A program made the translations under genes and the position numbers. This document shows, piece after piece, positions 18,350 to 27,041 of a stretch of 64,000 bases of DNA (positions are counted from its first letter, which is position 1; each line of letters starts with the position of its first letter). This DNA comes from Candidatus Poribacteria bacterium (lineage in GTDB: Bacteria > Poribacteria > WGA-4E > WGA-3G): the NCBI GenBank assembly GCA_965217715.1, contig OZ244563.1:3493083-3557082 (forward strand). Direction: 5' to 3'. Below the pieces are notes generated by a model. The model saw only the letters and a program-made list of their open reading frames with translations, was not told the DNA's origin and did not search any database.

Positions 18350-19063
18350 TTATGCCTTCTTACCGACATGAATCGCAACAATACCCAAAGTTTTTCGAAA
18401 ATATTGGACATCTGTCAATCCGCACTGCTCCATAACTGCTTTCAACGCATCGCAATCAGGGAACTGCATAACAGAGCGAGGAAGATAGCCGTACGCATCA
18501 TCCTTGCTACGCGAGATACAATTGCCGATGAAAGGTAAAATCTTCGTGAAATAAAAATAATAGAGGCTACGAAACATCGGATTGACGGGTTGTGTAAACT
18601 CTAAGATTGCTATTCTACCGCCGGGCACAGCGATCCGTGTCATCTCTCGGATGCCCAATTCAAGATCGGAAACGTTTCGGATACCAAACCCTACAGAAAC
18701 AATGTCAAAAGTATTGTCCGAAAACGGGAGGGTAAGCGTGTCCGCTTCAATCGGGACAAAGGCGTGCGTCCTTCCCTGTCGTTCCACTTTTTGCTTGCCG
18801 ACAACTAACATCTCAAAGCAGAAATCAGAACCGATGACTGAGCCACTTGTGCCAATTTTGTCAGCATACGCAAGCGCAAGTTCACCTGTACCTGTGCAAA
18901 CATCAAGCACCTTGCTTGTTGGAGTTACACTGCTCGCTTTGACTGTTTCCCTTCGCCATACCCGATCAAATCGGAGGCTCAACAGCGAGTTGAGAAAATC
19001 ATAGTGGCGTGCGATAGTTGAAAATAGATTTTTTATACGGTGTGCTTGCATAGTAGTTTTCAA
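18350..19063 (-). CDS. ubiE: Demethylmenaquinone/ubiquinone C-methyltransferase
   Basis: SAM motif VLDVCTGTGELA. UbiE-like FDIVSVGFGIRNV and IAILEF blocks. About 237 aa. Confidence 0.8.
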   Translation of the reverse strand: MKTTMQAHRIKNLFSTIARHYDFLNSLLSLRFDRVWRRETVKASSVTPTSKVLDVCTGTGELALAYADKIGTSGSVIGSDFCFEMLVVGKQKVERQGRTHAFVPIEADTLTLPFSDNTFDIVSVGFGIRNVSDLELGIREMTRIAVPGGRIAILEFTQPVNPMFRSLYYFYFTKILPFIGNCISRSKDDAYGYLPRSVMQFPDCDALKAVMEQCGLTDVQYFRKTLGIVAIHVGKKA

Positions 19064-19508
19064 CCGAGTCTACTAACCGCAAATCTGAAGGTAAATGTAA
19101 GAGGCGCAATGAATTGCGCGACTACAAACAGATAATTTGAAAATGAGAAGTTATTTTCAGAAATGATATAAGTTTTAAAATTATCCATACACTATGCTCG
19201 GCGAGGTTAGGAAACCTCGCCTACCGGGTAGCGGTTGCAATTCACTGATATGTCTATTTATGGTAGAGATTAGAATTAACGCTACATTCCTGAACTGTGA
19301 ATCAACGCCAAATGCACATAAGGCATTCGGCCAAATCAACGCAGCATGCGCTTTTGGCATGCTGCGGGAGGGAACTCCGATTCCCGACTATTCATAAGTG
19401 CCATCGCGATTCGGAGATCGCTCCTACAGAGGAAATGTAGCATTATTTCTAAAATCCACTATATTTTTCTAATTCACTATAACCCTGACGATCAGGACGT
19501 TCCTAGCA

Positions 19509-21944
19509 TTACATTCTTAACTCCGCCCCAAGTTCCTGATTCAGTCGTTTGACAACCTTATCGTGGAGATCATTAACAGCTTTATCTGTCAAGGTTTCGG
19601 TTGCAGAGTGATACGTGATTGCGTAGGCAAGACTCTTTTTACCTTCTGGCACCTGATCCCCGATGTATACGTCAAAAAGCCTCACCGATTTAACTAACTC
19701 ACCTCCGGTGGAATAGATAATGTTAATCGGCACATCCGATTGCATATCTTGATCTACGACAATCGCGAGGTCGCGCAGGACACTGGGATAAATAGGAATC
19801 GGTTCAAAAAGTTTGGAAAAATCGGCTGCGTCGGCTAATGCTTCAAGATCAAGTTCAAAGAGATATGCCTCATAAGGCAACTCATAACTCTCCAGCACTT
19901 TCGGGTGTGTCTCTCCGAGGATACCGATGCGTTTTCCTTCCAACAATACCTCCGCATTGCGCCCCGGGTGGAAGGTCGGGTCTTCCGTTTTCTTAAATGT
20001 GTAATCAATGATACCGGAGACTTCAAGCATTCCCTCAACAATACCCTTAATGTCAAAGAAATCTGGATGCCGATAAGGATTGTTGTAAACACCGCCACCA
20101 ATTTCCCCTGCCAGAATACCTGCTACGCGTGCCGGTTCTTCATCTTTCATGAACACTGTTGAAATCTCAAAAAGTGCAATATTATCTATCTGATGATTGT
20201 GGTTGTGTTGGGCATTATCAAGCAGACTCGGCAACAACGTTGTGCGAAGTACTGACATCTCTGGACTCAACGGGTTTTTCAGTTGTAGTGTTTGGCGAAG
20301 TGGATTATCTGCTGCTAACCGTATCCTGTTAAAGCAGTTTGGGTGGCTGAAACTGTAGTTTACTGCTTCCATCATGCCAGAGCCAAGGAGATAATGCTTT
20401 ATACGCCTTCGGACTTCTGTTGAGATGTTTGGCACGGGGATAGGAATGTCACCCTTTGGTAGTGTTGTTGGGATGTTATCATAACCGTGGACACGTGCAA
20501 TCTCTTCAATCAAATCAATTTCACGTGTAATATCTGATCGGAACGATGGGACGGTGACCTGATAGACATCTTTCCCTGATTGTGATGCTTCTATGCCAAA
20601 TCCCAATCTACTTAAAATCTGCTCTATCTCTGATGCTGCAAGCGCGGTTCCTAATATAAAATTGACGCGTTCGGAACGAAGTTGAATCTGCAGTGGATCA
20701 CGTTGTCCTGGATAGACATCAATAATGCCTTCACAGATAATGCCGCCTGCTAACTCCACAATCATTTGTGCTGCACGGTCAAGCGCGGGGATAACAGCCT
20801 CTGGATCCGCGCCACGTTCAAATCTATATGATGCCTCAGTGTGTATTCCCAATGCTTTTGCAGTTGCGCGGACGCTTGACGGTTGGAAATTGGCGCTTTC
20901 CAATAGCACATCACATGTTGTTTCAGTGATTTCAGAGTCATAACCACCCATAATTCCCGCAAGTGCCACAGATTTTTCTGCATCGGCGATAACTAACATG
21001 TCTGGGGTGAGTTTGCGCTCATCTTCATCAAGCGTTGTAATCTGTTCTCCTTCTGCTGCACGGCGTACGATAATACGATTTTCAGCAAGTTTGTGATAAT
21101 CAAAGGCGTGCAGCGGTTGTCCATATTCCATTAAGACAAAGTTAGTAACATCTACGATATTATTTATCACACCGACCCCGATAGATTCAAGCCGTTGTTT
21201 TAACCATGCGGGAGATTCCCCGATTTTAACGCCGCGGATTACACGCGCTGCATAACGGGGACAGAGATCGGGGGCATCAATTGTTACGGATGTAAGTTCG
21301 CGTATGTCCGTTCCCTCTTCTTGTAGATCTACTTGAGGCAATTTCAAGTCGTTCCCTGTTTCAGCTCGTATCTCGCGGGCAACGCCTATCATACTGAGAC
21401 AGTCCGGACGGTTCGGTGTTATCTCCAACTCAAATACCACATCGTCTAACCCTAACGCTTCGGTGAGCGGTACGCCAAGGGTTAGGTATGAGGATAATTC
21501 CATTAGTCCTGCAGCTTCATCAGAAATGTCCAACTCTTTCTCTGAACAGAGCATACCGTGCGATTCTTCACCACGTAGTTTGGCACGTTTGATTGTAATG
21601 CCGGTTGATAATTCTGTACCGATTGTTGCGACAGGTGCGAACATACCTTCATAAACATTTGGTGCACCGCAAACAATCTGAAGTACGTCCGTCTCACCTA
21701 TATCTACCTGACAAAGTACAAGTTTATCGGCGTTCGGATGTGGTTTGATGGAAGTAACTTTGCCGACAACTATGCCTTCTAACGCGGCTCCAAGCTGCTT
21801 GACAGATTCAACTTCAATGCCTAACATCGTTAACCTTTCCGCAAGTTCGTCTGGAGAAAAATCAAAATCGATGTAGGTCTTTAGCCAATTTAGGGTTGCG
21901 TTCATAGATAAGTCCTTCAGAAATGGGTTCACACATACATTCAA
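19509..21944 (-). CDS. pheT: Phenylalanine--tRNA ligase beta subunit
   Basis: 811 aa. N-terminal tRNA-binding domain (KVTSIKPHPNADKLVLCQVDIGE), B3/4, B5 and FDX-ACB domains. Directly downstream of pheS. Confidence 0.95.
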   Translation of the reverse strand: MNVCVNPFLKDLSMNATLNWLKTYIDFDFSPDELAERLTMLGIEVESVKQLGAALEGIVVGKVTSIKPHPNADKLVLCQVDIGETDVLQIVCGAPNVYEGMFAPVATIGTELSTGITIKRAKLRGEESHGMLCSEKELDISDEAAGLMELSSYLTLGVPLTEALGLDDVVFELEITPNRPDCLSMIGVAREIRAETGNDLKLPQVDLQEEGTDIRELTSVTIDAPDLCPRYAARVIRGVKIGESPAWLKQRLESIGVGVINNIVDVTNFVLMEYGQPLHAFDYHKLAENRIIVRRAAEGEQITTLDEDERKLTPDMLVIADAEKSVALAGIMGGYDSEITETTCDVLLESANFQPSSVRATAKALGIHTEASYRFERGADPEAVIPALDRAAQMIVELAGGIICEGIIDVYPGQRDPLQIQLRSERVNFILGTALAASEIEQILSRLGFGIEASQSGKDVYQVTVPSFRSDITREIDLIEEIARVHGYDNIPTTLPKGDIPIPVPNISTEVRRRIKHYLLGSGMMEAVNYSFSHPNCFNRIRLAADNPLRQTLQLKNPLSPEMSVLRTTLLPSLLDNAQHNHNHQIDNIALFEISTVFMKDEEPARVAGILAGEIGGGVYNNPYRHPDFFDIKGIVEGMLEVSGIIDYTFKKTEDPTFHPGRNAEVLLEGKRIGILGETHPKVLESYELPYEAYLFELDLEALADAADFSKLFEPIPIYPSVLRDLAIVVDQDMQSDVPINIIYSTGGELVKSVRLFDVYIGDQVPEGKKSLAYAITYHSATETLTDKAVNDLHDKVVKRLNQELGAELRM

Positions 21945-22098
21945 TCCAATCTATAGTAGATTTTAAGATTGCTTGGATACTTTGCGCTGGCGAGGTTAGG
22001 AAACCTCGCCTACCGTGGTACAAAAGTGTCTATTTAATTTTATAATTCACCATAAATTGTTGGGTTTCGCTTGCAGCTCTACCCAACCTACAGCACTA

Positions 22099-23118
22099 TT
22101 AAAACTGCTGCAAGAAGCGGAGATCGTTTTCATAGAAGGTGCGGATATCTGGAATGCGGAACTGTAGATTTGCAATTCGCTCCACACCCATGCCGAAGGC
22201 AAAACCGGTAACTTCCTCTGGGTCATAGTTGACTGCGCGGAACACCTCTGGGTCAACTGCTCCTGCGCCCAAGATTTCAATCCACCCTGTGTGTCCACAA
22301 CTGCGACATCCCTCACCACGGCACACCGTGCATGATATATCCGCCTCTGCACTCGGTTCGGTAAAAGGGAAAAAATGTGGACGAAAACGCATCTGAGTTT
22401 GGTCGCCGAACATCTGCCGTGCGAAAGATACCAAAACGCCCTTCAATTCGCTGAAAGTTACATGCCTATCTACAAGCAAGCCTTCAACCTGATGAAACAT
22501 TGGGGTGTGTGAGACATCGTAATCCACGCGATATGCCTTACCGGGCACAATAATGCGTACTGGTGGTTTCTGGTTCTCCATCACGCGAATTTGCACAGGG
22601 GATGTATGGGTGCGTAACAGGTGTCCATCCGTTAAGTAGAATGTGTCATGTAAATCGCGGGCGGGATGGTCGGGAGGTGTATTAAGAGCGTCAAAATTGT
22701 AATGTTCTGTTTCAACTTCTGGTCCAGTAACTACCTGAAAACCCATTTGTGTAAAGATCGCTTCAATCCGTTCCAATGTCTGCATCACCGGATGCGCTTT
22801 TCCATAAGCGGGTTTTCGTCCGGGAAGCGTAATGTCAATAGATTCTGCCTCAAGTTGCTGTTCTTGTTGTTGACTATCCAGCGAATCCTTTGATGCTTCA
22901 AATGCTTCGGTTAGTGTGGTACGTACCTCATTGGCGAGTTTTCCAATTATCGGACGCTCCTCATTAGAAAGTTTTCCCATGCCTTTCATGACATCTGTCA
23001 ACTTTCCTTTGCGTCCAAAATACGCTATTCTGAGCGATTCAAGCGCGTCCGAAGATTTTACCGCTTTCAAAGCCTCAAGTGCTTCTGCTTGAATCGCTTC
23101 TAATTCTGTTTTCATCAA
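22099..23118 (-). CDS. pheS: Phenylalanine--tRNA ligase alpha subunit
   Basis: Class II aaRS motifs FRPHFFPFTEPSAEADI and GWIEILGAGAV. 339 aa. Confidence 0.95.
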   Translation of the reverse strand: MMKTELEAIQAEALEALKAVKSSDALESLRIAYFGRKGKLTDVMKGMGKLSNEERPIIGKLANEVRTTLTEAFEASKDSLDSQQQEQQLEAESIDITLPGRKPAYGKAHPVMQTLERIEAIFTQMGFQVVTGPEVETEHYNFDALNTPPDHPARDLHDTFYLTDGHLLRTHTSPVQIRVMENQKPPVRIIVPGKAYRVDYDVSHTPMFHQVEGLLVDRHVTFSELKGVLVSFARQMFGDQTQMRFRPHFFPFTEPSAEADISCTVCRGEGCRSCGHTGWIEILGAGAVDPEVFRAVNYDPEEVTGFAFGMGVERIANLQFRIPDIRTFYENDLRFLQQF

Positions 23119-23245
23119 TACCTCTACTTTTCTATTTGTTATAGGAACAAAACTTTGTACAATTTAGTGTTCTTATATGGTATTGGTTTATAGAAACCTT
23201 TTGACATTAACATTAGATTTTCATACACTTGTCACCCCGCTGGGG

Positions 23246-23384
23246 TTTATAGTGAAATCTAAAAATATGTTCACACTCCCTGGTAGATGCGGTTTCCTAA
23301 CCGCATCTATGGAGTGAATAAACACGGTTCGGTTAGGAAACCGAACCTACCGTAGTGTAAAAATAATTATGGGTTTTACTATAA
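23246..23384. repeat. Composite ~140-nt intergenic repeat (A/T-rich arms flanking two GGTTAGGAAACC-type hairpins); copies also at 35338..35447, 35512..35613 and 56097..56235
   Basis: Near-identical strings TTATAGTGAAATCTAAAAATATGTTCACACTCCCTGGTAGATGCGGTTTCCTAACCGCATCTATGGACTGAATAAACACGGTTCGGTTAGGAAACCGAACCTACCGTAGTGTAAAAATAATTATGGGTTTTACTATAA at all four sites. Confidence 0.85.
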
Positions 23385-23933
23385 ATTGGAGAATGGCACA
23401 TTTCTATAAACATTCCGCCCCGCTGGGGCTATACACACTCACAACATACAGATTCATTCGTTAAATTGGCACCTACTGGGACGTGTTAAATGATGCGGTG
23501 AATCAACGTCAAATGCGCTTTTTGGCATTTGGCGGGAAACCGCTATAGGCGTTAATTTAGTTCGAAATCGGGGTTGAAAACCCCTCCTACATTGCTTGAA
23601 AATATTTGTCAACAAAAACACCCATCACTTCGCTCCATAAAGGTTAATTCTTTATGGGGACGAAAGCGACAGGCATCTACTTCCGCGGTACCACCCCGCT
23701 TGACAGATTGTGAAATCTGCCCGCTTCATTTTTTTTTGCTGGCTCCAGGATGAAATTCAGCAGTTGCTCTCAAAACCACGCTTCCAACCGATGGCGCGGT
23801 CTCTCTGATTGAGAGGTCTCAACTTCCTACTGTGTCCCTTCATTGCCTTCTCATAGTGTATTGTTTATCAAATTTTGTGGTTTGGGGTCGCGATTCGGAG
23901 ATCGCTCCTACAAACACCTTCAATCGGTTTAAC

Positions 23934-24281
23934 TTACCCTTTTGCAAGGGCTGCAAGTTGTCCAAAACCTGCTGCATCATGTACAGCAATATCCGCAAGG
24001 ACTTTCCTGTCCAACTCAACACCGGCTGTTTTAAGTCCGTGAATGAATTTGCTGTATGTAAGTCCGTGCAGTCTTGCGGCGGCATTAATACGTATAATCC
24101 AAAGCCGTCTAAAATCGCGTTTTCGTGTACGCCTATGCGCGTAAGCGTGGTTCCACCCTTTTTCTACCGCCTCCATAGCGGTACGTCTCAGGTTGTTGCG
24201 TCCACCACGATACCCTTTAGAATGCTTCAGTATACGTTTTCGGCTCTTTCGACGGATATTCCCTGTTTTTACTCGTGCCAT
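23934..24281 (-). CDS. rplT: 50S ribosomal protein L20
   Basis: [27 protein letters not shown] ... an unmistakable L20 sequence. Confidence 0.95.
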   Translation of the reverse strand: MARVKTGNIRRKSRKRILKHSKGYRGGRNNLRRTAMEAVEKGWNHAYAHRRTRKRDFRRLWIIRINAAARLHGLTYSKFIHGLKTAGVELDRKVLADIAVHDAAGFGQLAALAKG

Positions 24282-24290
24282 TCTGAACTC

Positions 24291-24482
24291 CTAATAAATT
24301 AGACGTTTCAAACGTTTTACGTTACTTGGATCTACCAGCGTGCTTTGTCTTAAGCGACGTTTCCGTTTCGCTGATTTTGAGATAAAAAGGTGTCCCGCAT
24401 ACGCTCGCTTGCGGCGGATCTTACCTTTTGCAGTAAATTTAAAACGTTTTGCAGCGCCTTTATGTGTTTTAATTTTCGGCAT
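24291..24482 (-). CDS. rpmI: 50S ribosomal protein L35
   Basis: MPKIKTHKGAAKRFKFTAKGKIRRKRAYAGH ... The ORF-track entry 24291..24584 includes a spurious 34-codon N-terminal extension. The true start is the internal MPKIKTH. Confidence 0.9.
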   Translation of the reverse strand: MPKIKTHKGAAKRFKFTAKGKIRRKRAYAGHLFISKSAKRKRRLRQSTLVDPSNVKRLKRLIY

Positions 24483-24845
24483 TACAATATCCTTCTGTTG
24501 ATGGCTTATCCAAACTAACTTTTTCAGAGGTATTCTGTTAAGTAAGGGTAGGCATAGAAACACAAAAACCAATAAGATAATCACGGTTTTCTTGTAAACG
24601 ATACCTTCCTATCAAAAAGTCGTCAAATCGTAAAAGAACACGATTTTCCTCCATACACTTGCAACAAAATCTTTATGGTAAATTTTAGCATTACTTGGAC
24701 ACACTGCACCAGCGAGGTTAGGAAACCTCCAAATCAAGAAATCAACGCTACAAATGCCATTTAGGCATTTGGCGGGTATGAATGCCATTTAGGCATTCCC
24801 CGCCTACCAAGGGAGGCAAGTGTCTATTTTCTATAATCATCATAG

Positions 24846-25391
24846 TTACGAAGATTTCGGCATCAAGAGCATAGACATGGTGCGTGTTTCCATCTTAGGT
24901 GGTTGTTCAACCTCTGCAATTTCAGCAACATCCTTTTCCAGTCGGGTGAGCATGTTTTTGCCTAACTCCGTATGCAGCATCTCCCTACCTCGGAAACGTA
25001 CTGTTGCTCTCACCTTCCACCCATTTTTCAAGAAGTCTTCAACGTGACGTTTCTTGAATTGATAGTCGTGCTCAGCAGTATCTGGACGAAATTGAATCTC
25101 TTTCAGAACGATCTTTGTTTGCTTCTTTCGAGCCTCTCGCTCTCGCTTGTTCTTTTCGTACTGATACTTTCCGTAATCCATTATCTTACAAACGGGAGGG
25201 TCGGCATTCGGAGAAACCTCAACTAAGTCCAATCCGACTTCTTCAGCACGTTCCATCGCTTCCCGTGGAGTCATCACACCGAGCTGCTTGTTTTCATGAT
25301 CGATGACTAAAATCTCTTTGGCTCGAATCTGATAATTCGAACGACTTTTTCTTTCCCGTGGTTTCTGTGTGCGTCTACCTCTATAGTGTAT
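24846..25391 (-). CDS. infC: Translation initiation factor IF-3 with a non-AUG (AUA) start
   Basis: The listed ORF (24846..25277) has a GTG start and lacks the IF-3 N-domain. Upstream, the same frame stays open to an in-frame TGA at 25395..25397 and encodes ...RKSRSNYQIRAKEILVIDHENKQLGVMTPREA, which aligns with IF-3 N-termini. An ATA codon sits at 25389..25391, 8 nt downstream of a GGAGG Shine-Dalgarno (25400..25404, minus strand). IF-3 genes classically use AUU/AUA starts for autoregulation. Confidence 0.8.
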   Translation of the reverse strand: MHYRGRRTQKPRERKSRSNYQIRAKEILVIDHENKQLGVMTPREAMERAEEVGLDLVEVSPNADPPVCKIMDYGKYQYEKNKREREARKKQTKIVLKEIQFRPDTAEHDYQFKKRHVEDFLKNGWKVRATVRFRGREMLHTELGKNMLTRLEKDVAEIAEVEQPPKMETRTMSMLLMPKSS

Positions 25392-25638
25392 TTTTCACAC
25401 CTCCAAGTTGTGGCTGGTAATCAATTAGCGACTGTGCAGGCTACAAATAAGTAGAGTGTTGTAATCAAAATCAACAACCCTTTCCCACACACGGCTAAAA
25501 TTCACCTGACATTATGTGTACTTGTAGAACAATAAACCGATCCTTACAAAATGCGGACACTTCCTAAAACAGTGTCGGAAATGTTTCGTTCAAATATTAA
25601 TTTATGGTATTATATCACAATTTTAACATAAATGCAAA

Positions 25639-26127
25639 CTAAAAGTAGCCAATTGTCCATAAAGTCCGTAAAATGATAATCCCACCTGCTAAACCGCCAA
25701 ATATAATAATGAGGCTGAGGTTGATTATTAACGCGTGCCGAAAGATTCGTTCAGTTAATTCCGGTTGTTCCTTTACCCATGCCCGTGCTAAGTTGAAGGT
25801 TAGGACAACGCTAATCAGGCTCAGGATAGCCGCGCCTAAAAATGCCACGAGAATACCTCGAAAATCTACCATCTCCATTGTGTCTGGGATTGAACCGTAT
25901 TGTGAATAACGTTGGATGACAACGATTAAGATGCCCAACAAAATGACAATAAATCCGATGAATGCGATTAGGGCTTTTTTAAAGGTTATCGTGAACGACT
26001 TAACCCATTGATACGTGCGCCTGATGCAAACGATTAGGGCTTTTTTAAAGGTTATCGTGAACGACTTAACCCATTGATACGTGCGCCTGATGCAAACGAT
26101 TAGGGCTTTTTTAAAGGCATTTCCCAT
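25639..26127 (-). CDS. Small polytopic membrane protein containing a 66-bp (22-aa) tandem duplication
   Basis: 162-aa ORF with three predicted TM helices. Its N-terminus repeats FKKALIVCIRRTYQWVKSFTIT twice and starts a third copy. The DNA repeat covers about 25970..26110. Confidence 0.4.
   Translation of the reverse strand: MGNAFKKALIVCIRRTYQWVKSFTITFKKALIVCIRRTYQWVKSFTITFKKALIAFIGFIVILLGILIVVIQRYSQYGSIPDTMEMVDFRGILVAFLGAAILSLISVVLTFNLARAWVKEQPELTERIFRHALIINLSLIIIFGGLAGGIIILRTLWTIGYF
25970..26110. repeat. 66-bp direct tandem repeat (2.3 copies) inside the coding sequence
   Basis: GATTAGGGCTTTTTTAAAGGTTATCGTGAACGACTTAACCCATTGATACGTGCGCCTGATGCAAAC occurs twice in a row, followed by a 21-nt partial third copy. 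Confidence 0.85.
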
Positions 26128-26732
26128 CTTTGCTAAACTCTTTCGGGTTATAGACTATATGGTAATTTTAACATATTTGCGGTGTGATGGCAAGATTAGT
26201 TGTTCTTACCGCAGAGGCGTTCAATTTTCGGTTTTTTATTCGTTTGAGTCGTAAAGTCATGATTCGGAGATTGCTTCTATAGATGCGGGTCGCGATTCGG
26301 AGACCATTCCTACTTAAAAAGTTACCATTTGGCAACTTTTTTCATACCGTGGTAACTTTTTGAAATTCGCTATAAACTCAGTGTATGTATGGGTTTATAG
26401 GCATTTTATTAAAATTTTGTTTTTTCATCTTCATTGAGGAATACGTGTTTCCTTTTGCTGGAGATATTTTATTTTGATAAGTTTTGCGTTGTCGTCTTTG
26501 CATTAGAGAGTTACTTTAGATTTTCGGTGTGTTTGGGGATCGGTTTTCTCTTTTCATACTGATATTATACCAAGTTCTGTGTAGTGATCAGAGGTTTTTG
26601 TGGTGTTAGGAACAATAGATATCCAATATATTTCCAATAAGTTTGCAGGAAAAGCTGGGGTTGATACGTTTTTTGCCCTCCTTCGGGTCCACTTGAGACA
26701 TTGAGTGTAAAGATGATGTTCATATAACTATT

Positions 26733-26858
26733 ATAACGTGAGTTTGATAAATCAGATTTTTGGACTCGGTGCGGTTAGGAAACCGCACCTACCGGGCTTA
26801 TGAGAATAAGATTTTATGCAAAATGAAGTTCATATATCTATTATCAAACTCACGTTAT
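26733..26858. repeat. MITE-like element (~126 bp) with AACGTGAGTTTGATAA terminal inverted repeats and an internal hairpin module; further copies at 38211..38335, 38338..38465 (variant), 30622..30768 (variant interior) and a half-copy at 35448..35511
   Basis: Terminal inverted repeat ATAACGTGAGTTTGATAA ... TTATCAAACTCACGTTAT. Interior carries GGTGCGGTTAGGAAACCGCACCTACC. Copies are nearly identical in sequence. Confidence 0.8.
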
Positions 26859-27041
26859 TATATGAAAAGTGTTGCAACACATATAAAGTTGTTTGTCAAG
26901 TATTTTCAAATTATAGTGAAATCCATAATTATTTTTACGTTTTGTTCTTATGTGGATTTCAAACACACTATAAATGTCCGAGGCGCAATGAATTTAAAGA
27001 AGAATGTAAAGGTATTTTTAGATTTTACTATAAAGTAAATC

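Noticed and set aside
23246-23400. Possible CRISPR array (regularly spaced palindromic repeats)
   Set aside because: Only two hairpin units per locus, with non-uniform spacing. The repeats are imperfect palindromes scattered genome-wide with variable stems. There are no cas genes and no leader, so these are REP/MITE-like elements, not CRISPR.
23600-23830. Possible T-box or attenuator leader upstream of pheS (minus strand)
   Set aside because: I found a CCATAAAG/CTTTATGG hairpin and T-rich tracts. I could not identify a specifier loop with T-box consensus or a pheM-like leader peptide. The region is also occupied by generic repeat modules, so this stays unresolved rather than called.
23832-24302. 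156-aa plus-strand ORF overlapping rplT
   Set aside because: It is antisense to a certain ribosomal protein gene.
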